Source: Candidatus Marinacidobacterium sp.
GTDB lineage: Bacteria; Acidobacteriota; Vicinamibacteria; Marinacidobacterales; Marinacidobacteraceae
Assembly (NCBI GenBank): GCA_965220965.1
Contig: CBDCRI010000001.1
Span: forward strand, 224,001-288,000
Direction of reading: 5' to 3'
Length of the DNA: 64,000 nucleotides
Shown here: positions 18,298 to 27,350 of the stretch, one piece after another
Position numbering within the stretch: position 1 is the stretch's first letter
Layout of the letters: the number at the start of each line of letters is the position of its first letter
The notes under the pieces: generated by a model
Told to the model about the DNA's origin: nothing
Seen by the model: only the letters and a program-made list of their open reading frames with translations
Databases searched by the model: none
Position numbers and translations under genes: made by a program

Positions 18298-18804
18298 CTA
18301 GGGCGCGGGGGCCGAGTGCGGCCTGAGCCGCGAACCGTCGAAGCGCGCCCACACCGAGATCACCCCGCCCGCCTCGGGGCGGACCTCCAGCCGGTCGGCC
18401 TTTGGGTGGTCGCACGCCGGCTTGAGAAGCTCAAGGGGCAGCGCGTGCGCGAAGTCGTCGCCCCCGAGAAGCGCGTGCGCTGCGTCGTACCAGTCGTCCT
18501 CGTTCGGGTCGAACCCCTCGGCGTACACGACGAGCCTGGCGTCGGGGTCACCCGGGCGCGCCGGGTCGGGCTGGTGCGGAATGCCGGAGGACATGAGGTA
18601 CACCCCGCGGTCCATGACCAGGTGAAGGGCCGGCGGCGCCCTGCCCTCCAGCTCGCGCAGCTCCGACTCCGAGGGCCAGCGGAACTCGGTCTCGCCAAGC
18701 AGGTCAAGCGCCTGCTCCAGCGTCACCCAATGCCGTCCGGCGCCCCTGGCGTGGTCGTAGAGCCGCAGGACGTCATCCATGTCAAAGCTGAGCGCATCGG
18801 CCAT
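18298..18804 (-). CDS. DUF3085 family protein
   Basis: LVMDRGVYLMSSG, VVYAEGFDPN, GGDDFA; GAGGAGG RBS. Confidence 0.85.
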   Translation of the reverse strand: MADALSFDMDDVLRLYDHARGAGRHWVTLEQALDLLGETEFRWPSESELRELEGRAPPALHLVMDRGVYLMSSGIPHQPDPARPGDPDARLVVYAEGFDPNEDDWYDAAHALLGGDDFAHALPLELLKPACDHPKADRLEVRPEAGGVISVWARFDGSRLRPHSAPAP

Positions 18805-18882
18805 TGCCGCCTCCTCTTGTTTTCAGTTGCCGGTCGGGGAGGCCCACGGCCGCCCCGGCCTCCAAGCCGGGCCGGGAGGCCG

Positions 18883-19386
18883 TCAAGGGGCCGCGCCGGG
18901 CCTTCGCGTCGGGCGCCGCGCGTAGCCCAGCTCCAGCTCGCCGTCGGACACGGTGATGACGATCCGCTCCGCGTCCGGGTCGGCCAGGGCCGGCCCGAAA
19001 AGGTCCAGCGGCAGGGCGTGCGCGAAGTCGTCGCCGCCCAGAATCCGGCGCGCGCCGTCGTACCAGTCGTCGAAGGCCTCCACGTTGGGGTCGAACCCCT
19101 GGGCGTAGACCACGCGGCTGGCGTCGGGGTCCCCCTGCCGCGCCGGGTCGGGCAGGTGCGGAATGCCGGAGGACATGAGGTAGACCCCGTCGTCCTTCAC
19201 GAACTGCAGGGCGGGCGGCGCGAGGCGCTGCGCCTTGCGCATCTCCGCGTCGCTGGGCCGGCGGCCGTCCGGCAGCCCCAGCAGGTCAAGCGCCTGCTCC
19301 AGCGTCACCCTGTGCCGCTTGGCCGTCCTCGCGTGCTCGCACAGCGCCGCGACGCCCGCCAGGTCGAAGTCCATCGAGTCCGGCAC
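18883..19386 (-). CDS. DUF3085 family protein (tandem paralog)
   Basis: FVKDDGVYLMSSG, VVYAQGFDPN, GGDDFA; GTG start with GGGAGG RBS. Confidence 0.85.
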   Translation of the reverse strand: MPDSMDFDLAGVAALCEHARTAKRHRVTLEQALDLLGLPDGRRPSDAEMRKAQRLAPPALQFVKDDGVYLMSSGIPHLPDPARQGDPDASRVVYAQGFDPNVEAFDDWYDGARRILGGDDFAHALPLDLFGPALADPDAERIVITVSDGELELGYARRPTRRPGAAP

Positions 19387-19440
19387 CTTCCCTCCCTTGC
19401 CCCGCCAAGGCGTCCGCAACGCGTCCCGTCCGGCCCGCGC

Positions 19441-21054
19441 CTAGGGGCGCGCCCGCCGGCGGGGACGGCTGCGGCGCCCCTCGACGCCGCGCACCACGAT
19501 GCGCCCGGCCAGTGGGTCCACCTGCGCCACGCGCGCCCTGACCCGGTCGCCCAGGCCGATGACGCGCCTGCCGCTGCCCTCCGCGAAGATCTCGTGCGGG
19601 CGCTTGACGCCGCGCTCGCTCCACGCGCCGCCCCCGAGGTCCCTGACGTGCGCCAGGCCCTCCACGCCCCAGCCGTCGAAGGCCACGAAGGCGCCGAAGT
19701 CCGCCACGCCCGAGACCGTGCAGGCCAGGCGCTCGGAGCGCCAGGGGGCGTGCACGGCGAACCAGCCGCACAGGGCGACGCGCTCGGCGTCGCGCGCGGC
19801 CCGGTCGATGAGGGCGCCGCGCTCGTTGAGGCGCTCGCAAAGGCCGGCGGGCAGCCGGCCGGGGCGGCCGCCGCGCAGCACGGCCTTCATCCCGCGGTGG
19901 ACCAGCAGGTCGGCGGTCCGGCGGATGGGCGAGGTGAAGTGCGCGTACAGCGGCACCGCCAGGGCGAAGTGCCCCGCCTCGGCGTCCTCGCCGTAGCCGG
20001 CCCTGGGCATGCCGCGCTTGACGGCAAGGTCGCACAGCCAGCCGGCCGCCCCGGCGGACCGGGCGGCGTCGCGCCGGGCGGACAGGTAGGCGGCCGGGTC
20101 GGCCAGCGCCGCCGGCCCGCCCGGCCCGCCGCCGGCCTTGGGCGCCAGCGCGCCGAGCATGGCGCAGGCCCGCTCCAGGTCCTCCTCGCCCGGGGCCGGG
20201 TGGCTCCGGTGGGGCGCCGGGATCCGGTGCTCGCGCAGGAACTCGGCCGCGCAGCGGTTGGCGGCGATCATGGCCTCCTCGATGACCGAGTGCGCCTTCA
20301 GCGGCGCCTCCGGGGCCATCCCGGACATGGCGCCGTCGGCGTCAACCAGCACCTCGGTGCCGCACGGCGCGAAGGCCAGCGCGCCGCGGCGGCGGCGCTC
20401 GCCGAGGAGCGCCTCGTGGACCGCCGCCAGCGCCTCCAGGGAGGCGTCCAGGCCGGCGTCGCCGGCGCTCCCCGCGGCCCCGCCGAGCAGGGCGTCGGCC
20501 TCCTCGTAGGTCAGCCGGCGCCGCGAGCGGATCACCGCCTCCTGGAACCCGTGCGCCTCGACCTCGCCGCCGGCGGACACCCGCATCGAGCAGACGACGG
20601 CCAGCCGGTCCTCGCCCGGGCGCAGCGAGCAGGCGCCGTTGGACAGCGCCTCCGGCAGCATGGGGACGGTCAGCCCCGGCAGGTAGGCGCTCTCGCAGCG
20701 CAGCTGCGCCTCCCGGTCGAGCGCTGAGCCGCGCCGGACGTACTCGGCCACGTCGGCCACCGCCACGCGCAGCTTGAAGGCGCCGCCCTTCAGCCGCTGG
20801 GCGGCGACGGCGTCGTCGAAGTCCTTGGCGTCGGCGCCGTCCATGGTGCAGAAGGGCACGCCGCGCAGGTCCGTCCGGCCCGCGCCGGGGCGGACCGCCA
20901 CCGTGCGCGCCAGGCGCCGCGCCTCCTCGGCGGCGGCCTTGGGGAACGCGCGGCTGAGGCCGTCGCGCTTGGCGAGGGCCTCGGAAATGCGCCGGGCGGG
21001 GACCGCCTGCGCCGCCTCGGGAGCCCGCTCGGCCGCGGCGGCGGCCACGCTCAC
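19441..21054 (-). CDS. RNase II/R-family 3'-5' exoribonuclease (RNB + S1, N-terminally short)
   Basis: DLRGVPFCTMDGADAKDFDDA, PMLPEALS, IEEAMIAAN, HFALAVPLYAHFTSPIRR, S1 FGAFV...EGLAHV; GTGA overlap with the DUF433 gene. Confidence 0.9.
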   Translation of the reverse strand: MSVAAAAAERAPEAAQAVPARRISEALAKRDGLSRAFPKAAAEEARRLARTVAVRPGAGRTDLRGVPFCTMDGADAKDFDDAVAAQRLKGGAFKLRVAVADVAEYVRRGSALDREAQLRCESAYLPGLTVPMLPEALSNGACSLRPGEDRLAVVCSMRVSAGGEVEAHGFQEAVIRSRRRLTYEEADALLGGAAGSAGDAGLDASLEALAAVHEALLGERRRRGALAFAPCGTEVLVDADGAMSGMAPEAPLKAHSVIEEAMIAANRCAAEFLREHRIPAPHRSHPAPGEEDLERACAMLGALAPKAGGGPGGPAALADPAAYLSARRDAARSAGAAGWLCDLAVKRGMPRAGYGEDAEAGHFALAVPLYAHFTSPIRRTADLLVHRGMKAVLRGGRPGRLPAGLCERLNERGALIDRAARDAERVALCGWFAVHAPWRSERLACTVSGVADFGAFVAFDGWGVEGLAHVRDLGGGAWSERGVKRPHEIFAEGSGRRVIGLGDRVRARVAQVDPLAGRIVVRGVEGRRSRPRRRARP

Positions 21055-21347
21055 GGCCCCCCCAACGGCGCGGGGGCGCGCCCGGCCGACGGCGGGCGGG
21101 GCCGCGCGCCGGGCCTCGGGAAGCGCTCCGCGTAGCGCAGGGCGCTCTCGATCGCCTCCCGCGGCAGCTCCGGGAAGTCGTCCATGAGGTCCTCCACGGT
21201 CTCGCCGCCCAGCAGGCGGGCCTGGACGTCGTAGACGGTGGCGTTGGTGCCGGCGAGCGTGGGGGCCCGGCCCTCGGCGGCGGACGGGACGGCGAGGAAC
21301 CGCCAAGGCCCGGCGCCCGGGTCGGGCTTCGAATTCGGTTGCTTCAT
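21051..21347 (-). CDS. DUF433 (VapB45-like) antitoxin-type protein
   Basis: GRAPTLAGTNATVYDV...GETVEDLMDDFPELPREAIESALRY; AGGAGA RBS. Confidence 0.85.
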   Translation of the reverse strand: MKQPNSKPDPGAGPWRFLAVPSAAEGRAPTLAGTNATVYDVQARLLGGETVEDLMDDFPELPREAIESALRYAERFPRPGARPRPPSAGRAPAPLGGP

Positions 21348-21465
21348 GGTGTCTCCTGAATGCGCGCGCCGGCAAGACGGATCGGCCCGGGCCGGCGCCC
21401 CCGGGATGCGGGCATTCTAGCAACGCCCCGCCAAGGGGCGCTTCGCGGCCGCGTTCGGGCCGGGC

Positions 21466-21738
21466 TCACTCCCCGCCGCCGAACATCGCCGCCCACTCCT
21501 CGGCCAGCGTCCCGGTGATGAGGAACTCCAGCTGGTCGGCGTCAAGCTCCGGAAAGGCCTCCTGCGCCAGCAGGTCGGTCCCGGCGTAGAACCCGCGCAC
21601 CCGCTCCGCGGACACGGGCAGCTCCAGCGCGTTGATGCGGCCGGTGGCGCCCGACCTGGCGGTCACGCGGACGGCGGAGGGACCGATCGGCTCCACCGAA
21701 ATGGGCGGGGTTGGGGAGGACAGCATGGGCGCGCTCAC
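21466..21738 (-). CDS. Small conserved phage-type protein
   Basis: LAQEAFPELDADQLEFLITG..AEEW; GTGA overlap with the upstream gene. Confidence 0.7.
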   Translation of the reverse strand: MSAPMLSSPTPPISVEPIGPSAVRVTARSGATGRINALELPVSAERVRGFYAGTDLLAQEAFPELDADQLEFLITGTLAEEWAAMFGGGE

Positions 21739-22496
21739 GGGGCGGGCGCCTTGCAGGCGGCCGGCGGGGCCAGCTCCCGCGACAGGCCGTCCAGCACCCG
21801 CTCGACCTTGGAGAGGTCGAAGTGCCCGTCGGTGCGCACCCCCGCCTCCATGTCGAACCAGACCCGCGCCCCCGCCCGCTCGGCCTGGCGGGCCATGTCG
21901 GCGATCCGGCGGACCTGCCCGGCGTCGGGGCCGAGCCCGCCGGCGTACCCCCAAGCGCGGCCCTCGCACCACGCCCCCTTGCCGGGGGCCGGCGGGTCCG
22001 GCCATGCGCCGGACAGGCCGCGGCCGCCGGAGCGGTCGTGCAGCGCCTCGAGCTTGCGGTGGTGCAGGAAGAGCGTGTCGAAGCGGTTGCCGCGGTACTG
22101 GACCACCACGCGCTGCGCGGCGGTCGCGTCGCAGAAGGCGCCCACCTTGGCGGGGTCGTAGTCCTGCGGGCGCAGGTTGAGCTGCACGCGCGGCACGCCG
22201 ATCCGCTCTATGAAGTCGTGCACCCACGTCTCGCCCGCCATCGCCCCCCGGCTCCAGCGGCCGCACAGGTGCAGCGCCGTGCGCGGCAGCGTCATGGCCG
22301 CCGCCTCCACCACCGGCTGGCACGGGAAGCGCCCGGAGTCCGCGGAGCGGCTCACCCACGTGGACGAGCCGACCAGGACGCCGAACTCGACGGGCACCGC
22401 GGAGGCCTCGGCGATGCGCCGGGCCCGGGCCAGGTCGGTGCGCTCGTCAACGCCGGTGAAGGTGATGCACTCAATCATGGGGTTCGCTCCTGGCAT
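21735..22496 (-). CDS. Phosphoribosylanthranilate-isomerase-like TIM barrel protein (phage/plasmid type)
   Basis: ITFTGVDE, EFGVL, LHLCG, LHDRSGGRG, GYAGGLGP, WFDMEAGVR. Confidence 0.75.
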   Translation of the reverse strand: MPGANPMIECITFTGVDERTDLARARRIAEASAVPVEFGVLVGSSTWVSRSADSGRFPCQPVVEAAAMTLPRTALHLCGRWSRGAMAGETWVHDFIERIGVPRVQLNLRPQDYDPAKVGAFCDATAAQRVVVQYRGNRFDTLFLHHRKLEALHDRSGGRGLSGAWPDPPAPGKGAWCEGRAWGYAGGLGPDAGQVRRIADMARQAERAGARVWFDMEAGVRTDGHFDLSKVERVLDGLSRELAPPAACKAPAP

Positions 22497-22614
22497 GCTG
22501 CCGGGATTAAATCATTCGTCAGGCGACTCGGCCCCCGGGCGGCGTGGGCCAGGCCCGGAGGCGGCTGCCGTTCCTATAATCGCGCACCGCCCCCGCAGCC
22601 CCTGGAGGCCCGCG

Positions 22615-23928
22615 ATGCCAAGCCCCGCCGCCCAAGACCGCGCCCGTTCCGGCAGCCCCGCCCTCCTCCGCGACCATGCCGAGGGCGCAGCGGCGGCGCC
22701 GGCGGGGCAGGATGCGGCCGGCCAGGGCGCAGCGCCCCTGCCGGAGGGCTGGCTCGGCCTGGAGGTCGGCGAGACGGCGCTGCTCATCGCGGCCAAAAGC
22801 GGCTGGCTCCTGCCCATGCCGCGCCAGCAGGGCCGCCCGCTGCTGCAGGGCGGGTTCGCCCGCCACGCCGAGGACCGCGTGGCGGGCGACGAGTGCTGGG
22901 TGCGCCTGGCCCTCGACCCCGACCGGCTCTGGACGGCGCCCGTCGGCGCCTCGGGCCACGAGGACGGAACGTGCGCGTCCGCCGTGCCGGCGGGGGCCGG
23001 CCGGCTCGACTGGGTGGCGCCGATCCCGCTGTCGGCCGTGGCCGCGGTGGAGGTGGACGAGCGGATGCACCCGGGGAACTTGCGGATGCTGATCCGCCAT
23101 GGCCTCAAACTCTCGCTGCCGGAGGACGTGGCTGCGGCGAACCCGCGGGCGTCCGTCACGCTGCCCTGCGAAGCCCAGCGGGGCGGCTGGCGCCTGCCCG
23201 CCGAGCTCAACGAGGTCCAGGGGGCGATGTCGGCGGCGGTCTGGGCGGCGTGGGACGCGCTGCCGGAGGACCGGGCGCGCAGGGACGCCGTGCTCAGCGC
23301 CATGGCCGGCGAGGGGGAGTCCCTCTCGCCCACGGCCCCCTGGCTGCGCCCGCCCTGGCTTGCGAAGGAGGTCTCGGCCCGGCCGTCGCCGGAGCGTGCC
23401 CTGTGGAGCAACGCGCCGCACGTGCTGCGGTCCAGTTGGCGAGCGGACGCCGCGCTCGAGCGGGTCGGCCACCACATGGAGGCTGCCGGCGATGGCGGGC
23501 GCGGGCGCGAGTGGACGGCTTGGGCCAGGGCCGTCCTGAGCGGCGAAGTCACCGTCTTCGAGCACGAGCTGGTCCCCGCCGCGAGCGGCCCCGGCCTGGC
23601 GGTGATGGTCGCGCTGCTGAAGAACGACTTGGAGGGACTGGGCCAATTCGTGCGGGAGTGGGGTGGCGACGGCACGCTCTTCAAGCCCGGCAGTCCCTGG
23701 GCGGATGCCGTCCTCGGCGCCGCCGTGCTCCTCGGATGGGGAAAGGGCTTCTCCTTGATCTCGGCGGACCTCCGGGGCGACGCGATGCGCCGCGAGGCCG
23801 TTGCGCGGCTGGCCATGGCGGCATCCTGGGACCAGCCGGGGGAGCCTCCGGCGCCCGCCGGGCGAGCGGCCGCACGGCCAGGCAATCCCCAAAGGCCGCG
23901 CGGCCCCGCGGGCTCGCCGGGCCCATAA
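22615..23928 (+). CDS. Hypothetical protein, triplicate copy 1
   Basis: GGAGG RBS and TATAAT; near-identical blocks with copies 2 and 3. Confidence 0.85.
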   Translation: MPSPAAQDRARSGSPALLRDHAEGAAAAPAGQDAAGQGAAPLPEGWLGLEVGETALLIAAKSGWLLPMPRQQGRPLLQGGFARHAEDRVAGDECWVRLALDPDRLWTAPVGASGHEDGTCASAVPAGAGRLDWVAPIPLSAVAAVEVDERMHPGNLRMLIRHGLKLSLPEDVAAANPRASVTLPCEAQRGGWRLPAELNEVQGAMSAAVWAAWDALPEDRARRDAVLSAMAGEGESLSPTAPWLRPPWLAKEVSARPSPERALWSNAPHVLRSSWRADAALERVGHHMEAAGDGGRGREWTAWARAVLSGEVTVFEHELVPAASGPGLAVMVALLKNDLEGLGQFVREWGGDGTLFKPGSPWADAVLGAAVLLGWGKGFSLISADLRGDAMRREAVARLAMAASWDQPGEPPAPAGRAAARPGNPQRPRGPAGSPGP

Positions 23929-24144
23929 AACTCCCCGCGCCGCCCCTTCTCCGGTGGACCGAGGCCGCCCTGCCGCCTAGGACCGCCCTTCCGAGGCAAC
24001 CCAAGGCCGCGAGCGCAATGTCCAGAGCGAGGCGCCCGTCCGCCTCGGCCGTCCACTCGGCCTCCGGGCGGCATGGGCCAGGCCCGGAGGCGGCTGCCGT
24101 TCCTATAATCGCGCAACGTCCCCGCAGCCCCCAGGAGGCCCGCG

Positions 24145-25455
24145 ATGCCACGCCCCGCCGCCCACGACCGCGCCCGTTCCGGCAGCCCCGCCCTCCTCCG
24201 CGACCATGCCGAGGGCGCGGCGGCGGCGCGGGAGGGGCAGGACGCGGCCGGCCAGGGCGCAGCGCCCCTGCCGGAGGGCTGGCTCGGCCTGGAGGTGGGC
24301 CAGATGGCGCTGCTCGACGCGGCCGAGGGCGGCTGGCTGCTGCCCATGCCGCACCAGCAGGGCCGCCCGCTGCTGCAGGGCGGGTTCGCCCGCCACGAGA
24401 GGGATGAGGTGGAGCGCAACGAGCACTGGGTGCGCGTGGCCCTCGACCCCGACCGGCTCTGGACGGCGCCCGTCGGGGCCTCGGGCCACGAGGACGGAAC
24501 GTGCGCGTCCGCCGTGCCGGCGGGGCCCGGCCGGCTCGACTGGGTGGCGCCGATTCCGCTGTCGGCCGTGGTCGCCATGGAGGTGGACAAAGCGGAGCAG
24601 GCCGCTCGGCTAAGGGGGCTGATCCGCCATGTCCCCAACCTCGCGCTGCCGGAGGACGTGGTTGCGGCGAACCCGCGGGCGTCCGTCACGCTGCCCTGCG
24701 GAACCATGCGGGGCGGAGGCTGGCGCCTGCCCGCCGAGCTCAACGAGGTCCAGGGGGCGATGTCGGCGGCGGTCTGGGCGGCGTGGGACGCGCTGCCGGA
24801 GGACCGGGCGCGCAGGGACGCCGTGCTCAGCGCCATGGCCGGCGAGGGGGAGGCCCTCTCGCCCACGGCCCCCTGGCTGCGCCCGCCCTGGCTTGCGCCG
24901 GAGTTCGCGCCGCGGCCGTCGTGGGAGCGCGCGCTGTGGAGCAATGCGCCGCACGTGCTCCGGTCCACCACGCTTGCGCTCGAGGCGGTCAAGCGGCTCG
25001 CCCACCACATGGAGGCGGACGGCGACGCCGGGAGTGCGCGCGAGTGGGCGGCATGGGCGGAGGCCGTCCTGCTCGGCGAAGCCAGCGTCTTGGAGCACGA
25101 GCCGGTCCCCACCGCGCGCGGCCCCGGCCTGGCGGTGATGGTCGCGCTGATGCAGGTCGACATCGACTCGCTGCACTGGTGGGCGTGGCGTCGAGACGAC
25201 ATCGACCTCGAGCCCGGCAGCCCTTGGGCGGACGCCGTCCACGGCGCCGCCGTGGCCATCGGATGGGCGAAGGGGTTCGCCTTGACCCCAACGGACTTCC
25301 GGGGCGACGCGAAGCGCCGCGAGGCCGTCGCGCGGCTGGCCATGGCGGCGGCCTGGGACCAGCGGGGCGAGCCCCCGGCGCCCGTCGGGGGAGCGGCCGC
25401 GCGGCCGGGCAATCCCCAAAGGCTGCGCGGCCCCGCGGGCTCGCAGCGCCCATGA
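24145..25455 (+). CDS. Hypothetical protein, triplicate copy 2
   Basis: Same promoter/RBS and conserved blocks as copy 1. Confidence 0.85.
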   Translation: MPRPAAHDRARSGSPALLRDHAEGAAAAREGQDAAGQGAAPLPEGWLGLEVGQMALLDAAEGGWLLPMPHQQGRPLLQGGFARHERDEVERNEHWVRVALDPDRLWTAPVGASGHEDGTCASAVPAGPGRLDWVAPIPLSAVVAMEVDKAEQAARLRGLIRHVPNLALPEDVVAANPRASVTLPCGTMRGGGWRLPAELNEVQGAMSAAVWAAWDALPEDRARRDAVLSAMAGEGEALSPTAPWLRPPWLAPEFAPRPSWERALWSNAPHVLRSTTLALEAVKRLAHHMEADGDAGSAREWAAWAEAVLLGEASVLEHEPVPTARGPGLAVMVALMQVDIDSLHWWAWRRDDIDLEPGSPWADAVHGAAVAIGWAKGFALTPTDFRGDAKRREAVARLAMAAAWDQRGEPPAPVGGAAARPGNPQRLRGPAGSQRP

Positions 25456-25735
25456 CCCCGCCCCCTCGCCCCGTCCCCGGTGGTCCCAGGCCGCCTAGGA
25501 CCGCCCTTCCGAGGCAACGCAAGGCCGCGAGCGCAGCGTCCGGAGCGAGGCGCACCGAAGCCCGCCACGCCCAGGCGGTCACCGAACGCCTGGCCCAGGA
25601 CGTCTGCGCAGAGCGTCCGGAGGCGCTCGTCCGCCTTCGTCCGGCGACTCGGCCCCCGGGCGGCATGGGCCAGGCCCGGTGGCGGCAGCCGTTCCTATAA
25701 TCGCGCACCGCCACCGCTGCCCAAGGAGGCCCGCG

Positions 25736-27076
25736 ATGCCACGCCCCGCCGCCCACGACCGCGTCCGTTCCGGCAGCCCTGCCCTCCCCCGCGACCATGC
25801 CGAGGGCGCAGCGGCGGCGCGGGAGGGGCAGGACGCGGCCGGCCAGGGCACAGCGCCCCTGCCGGAGGGCTGGCTCGGCCTGGAGGTGGGGGAGATGGCG
25901 CTGCTCATCGCGGCGAAAAGCGGCTGGCTCCTGCCCATGCCACACCAGCAGGGCCGCCCGCTGCTGCAGGGCGGGTTCGCCCGCCACGCCAAGGACCGCG
26001 TGGCGCGGGACGAGTACTGGGTGCGCCTGGCCCTAGATCCCGACCGGCTCTGGACGGCGCCCGTCGGCGCGTCCGGCCACGAGGACGGAACGTGCGCGTC
26101 CGCCGTGGCGGCGGAACCCGGACGGCTCGACTGGGTGGCGCCGATTCCGCTGTCGGCCGTGGTCGCCATGGAGGTGGACGACCGGACGCACGCCGAGGAC
26201 TTGCGGATGCTGACCCGCGACGTCCCCAACCGCTTGCTGCCGGCCGCCCCTGTGACGGTGAACCGGCGGGCGTCGGTCCCGCTGCCCTGCGAAGCCATCC
26301 GGGGCACCGGCTGGCGCCTGCCCGTCGAGCTCGACGAGATACAGGGGGCGATGTCGGCCGCGGTCTGGGCGGCGTGGGACGCGCTGCCGGAGGACCGGGC
26401 GCGCAGGGACGCCGTGCTCAGCGCCATGGCCGGCGACGGGGAGGCCCTGTCGCCCACGGCCCCCTGGCTGCGCGCGCCCTGGCTCGCGCTGGACGGCCCT
26501 CGCCCACGCAAGCCCTGGCTTGCGCAGGAGTTCGAGACCCGCCCGTCCCCGGAGCGCGCGTTGTGGAGCAACGCGCCGCACGTGCTCCGGCACAACTCGC
26601 CAGCGCGCGTGGCGGTCGAGCAGCTCACCAGGAGAATGGTCTCGGCCGACGAGACTTGGAGTGGGCGCGAATGGGGGGCGTGGGCGCGGGCCGTCCTGCG
26701 CCCCGACGGGCCTGGCTTGGCGGTGGCGGTCGCGCTGCTGCAGGACGACCTAGACGGACTGGGCCACTTCGCGCGGGCGTGGGGCCGCGGCGGAATCAGC
26801 CTCGAGCCCGGCAGCCCTTGGGCGGATGCCGTCCTCGGCGCCGCCGTGCTCATCGGATGGCGGAACGGGTTCGCCTCGACCCCGGTGCGCCTCCGGGGAG
26901 GCGCGAGGCGCCGGGAGGCCGTGGCACGGCTTGCAATGGCGGCCGCCTGGGACCAGCGGGGCGAGCCGCCGGCGCCGGTCGGGGGAGCGTCCGCGCGCCC
27001 CCGCGGGACCGCTGAGCCCATGACCCCGCCCCGCCCTGCCCCGTCTCCGCTGGACCGAGGCAGCCCGGCCCCCTAG
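25736..27076 (+). CDS. Hypothetical protein, triplicate copy 3
   Basis: Same promoter/RBS and conserved blocks; small internal PWLA duplication. Confidence 0.85.
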   Translation: MPRPAAHDRVRSGSPALPRDHAEGAAAAREGQDAAGQGTAPLPEGWLGLEVGEMALLIAAKSGWLLPMPHQQGRPLLQGGFARHAKDRVARDEYWVRLALDPDRLWTAPVGASGHEDGTCASAVAAEPGRLDWVAPIPLSAVVAMEVDDRTHAEDLRMLTRDVPNRLLPAAPVTVNRRASVPLPCEAIRGTGWRLPVELDEIQGAMSAAVWAAWDALPEDRARRDAVLSAMAGDGEALSPTAPWLRAPWLALDGPRPRKPWLAQEFETRPSPERALWSNAPHVLRHNSPARVAVEQLTRRMVSADETWSGREWGAWARAVLRPDGPGLAVAVALLQDDLDGLGHFARAWGRGGISLEPGSPWADAVLGAAVLIGWRNGFASTPVRLRGGARRREAVARLAMAAAWDQRGEPPAPVGGASARPRGTAEPMTPPRPAPSPLDRGSPAP

Positions 27077-27113
27077 AATCGCCCTCCCGCCGCAACCCAA
27101 GGCCGCGAGAGCA

Positions 27114-27350
27114 ATGTCCAGAGCGAGGCGCACCGAAGCCCGCCACGCCCAGGCGGTCACCGAACGCCTGGCCCAGGTCGTCGGCGCAGAACGCGCCGAG
27201 GCGCTCGTCCGCCTTGCCCGGGACGGCCCCGAAGGCGTCCCGCGGATGCCTGAGACCCCGACCGGCAAGGCGATGCGCCTGCTCCGCACCCCGCGGGGGC
27301 GCGAACGCTTGGGCGCCGCCCGGACCTGGGATGACGTCCTCGACCTGTAG
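27114..27350 (+). CDS. Small protein, possible antitoxin of the downstream PIN-like gene
   Basis: TAGAAT upstream (27074-27079); overlaps the PIN gene start. Confidence 0.6.
   Translation: MSRARRTEARHAQAVTERLAQVVGAERAEALVRLARDGPEGVPRMPETPTGKAMRLLRTPRGRERLGAARTWDDVLDL

Larger units (their letters stand above)
22515..27215 (+). repeat. Tandem triplication of a ~1.55-kb promoter+gene unit
   Basis: GTTCCTATAATCGCGCA with TATAAT at 22575, 24104 and 25696; each gene is followed by a remnant or copy of the 27114 gene 5' end. Confidence 0.9.
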
